Translations under genes and position numbers: made by a program
Notes under the pieces: model-generated
What the model saw: only the letters and a program-made list of their open reading frames with translations
The model's database searches: none
Told to the model about the DNA's origin: nothing
Shown here: positions 5,304 through 5,445 of the stretch, piece by piece
How positions within the stretch are numbered: the stretch's first letter is position 1
How the letters are laid out: the number at the start of each line of letters is the position of its first letter
NCBI GenBank assembly: GCA_016840425.1
Contig: JAEOSI010000160.1
Span: 1-5,445, forward strand
Direction of reading: 5' to 3'
DNA length: 5,445 bases
Origin: Candidatus Wukongarchaeum yapensis
GTDB taxonomy: Archaea; Asgardarchaeota; Wukongarchaeia; Wukongarchaeales; Wukongarchaeaceae

Positions 5304-5445
5304 GCTTAATTCCTTCTATATAAATCTAAAAACTTGTCAAATCTAAAGAATTAACCCTATTTTTTATAAGAAAAATATCTTTAACCTTTTAAAACAAACA
5401 ACGGATATATTTATTTATTATATTAGGCTTTCCCTTTCTGTTTAG
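5304..5445 (-). promoter_or_regulatory. AT-rich upstream/promoter region of the ORP-ATPase-ATPase unit, with short direct and inverted repeats
   Basis: No supported ORF. AAATCTAAA x2 (5322-5330, 5339-5347), TATTTTT-N6-AAAAATA (5358-5377) and TTAACC x2 (5351-5356, 5381-5386). Confidence 0.5.

Overview
Probable archaeal genomic segment. This is an inference from GGAGG/GGTG ribosome-binding sites, oligo-T tracts instead of hairpin terminators, an Lrp-type regulator and a CbiZ-CobZ-type fusion; the lineage cannot be assigned from the sequence alone. It holds seven credible CDSs in two blocks. Block 1 (+, 6-1771) looks like cobamide salvage: a 5'-truncated ECF transporter T subunit, then an adenosylcobinamide amidohydrolase (CbiZ) fused to an apparently degenerate CobZ-like alpha-ribazole-phosphatase domain (CbiS-like). 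Block 2 (1984-5303) resembles the anaerobe 'orange protein' (ORP) cluster. It has two NifB/NifX (COG1433) proteins and a translationally coupled pair of MinD-like P-loop ATPases with 2x[4Fe-4S] inserts (COG1149 type). Embedded among them is an Lrp/AsnC regulator with an unusual C-terminal Cx3Cx2Cx7Cx2C motif, a candidate metal/redox sensor. The supplied ORF track mislabels 3132..3989 as '+'; the listed protein is encoded on the minus strand (ATG at 3989-3987, TAA at 3134-3132). I saw no rRNA, tRNA, CRISPR array or mobile element. Family consensus comparisons are from memory, not from searches.
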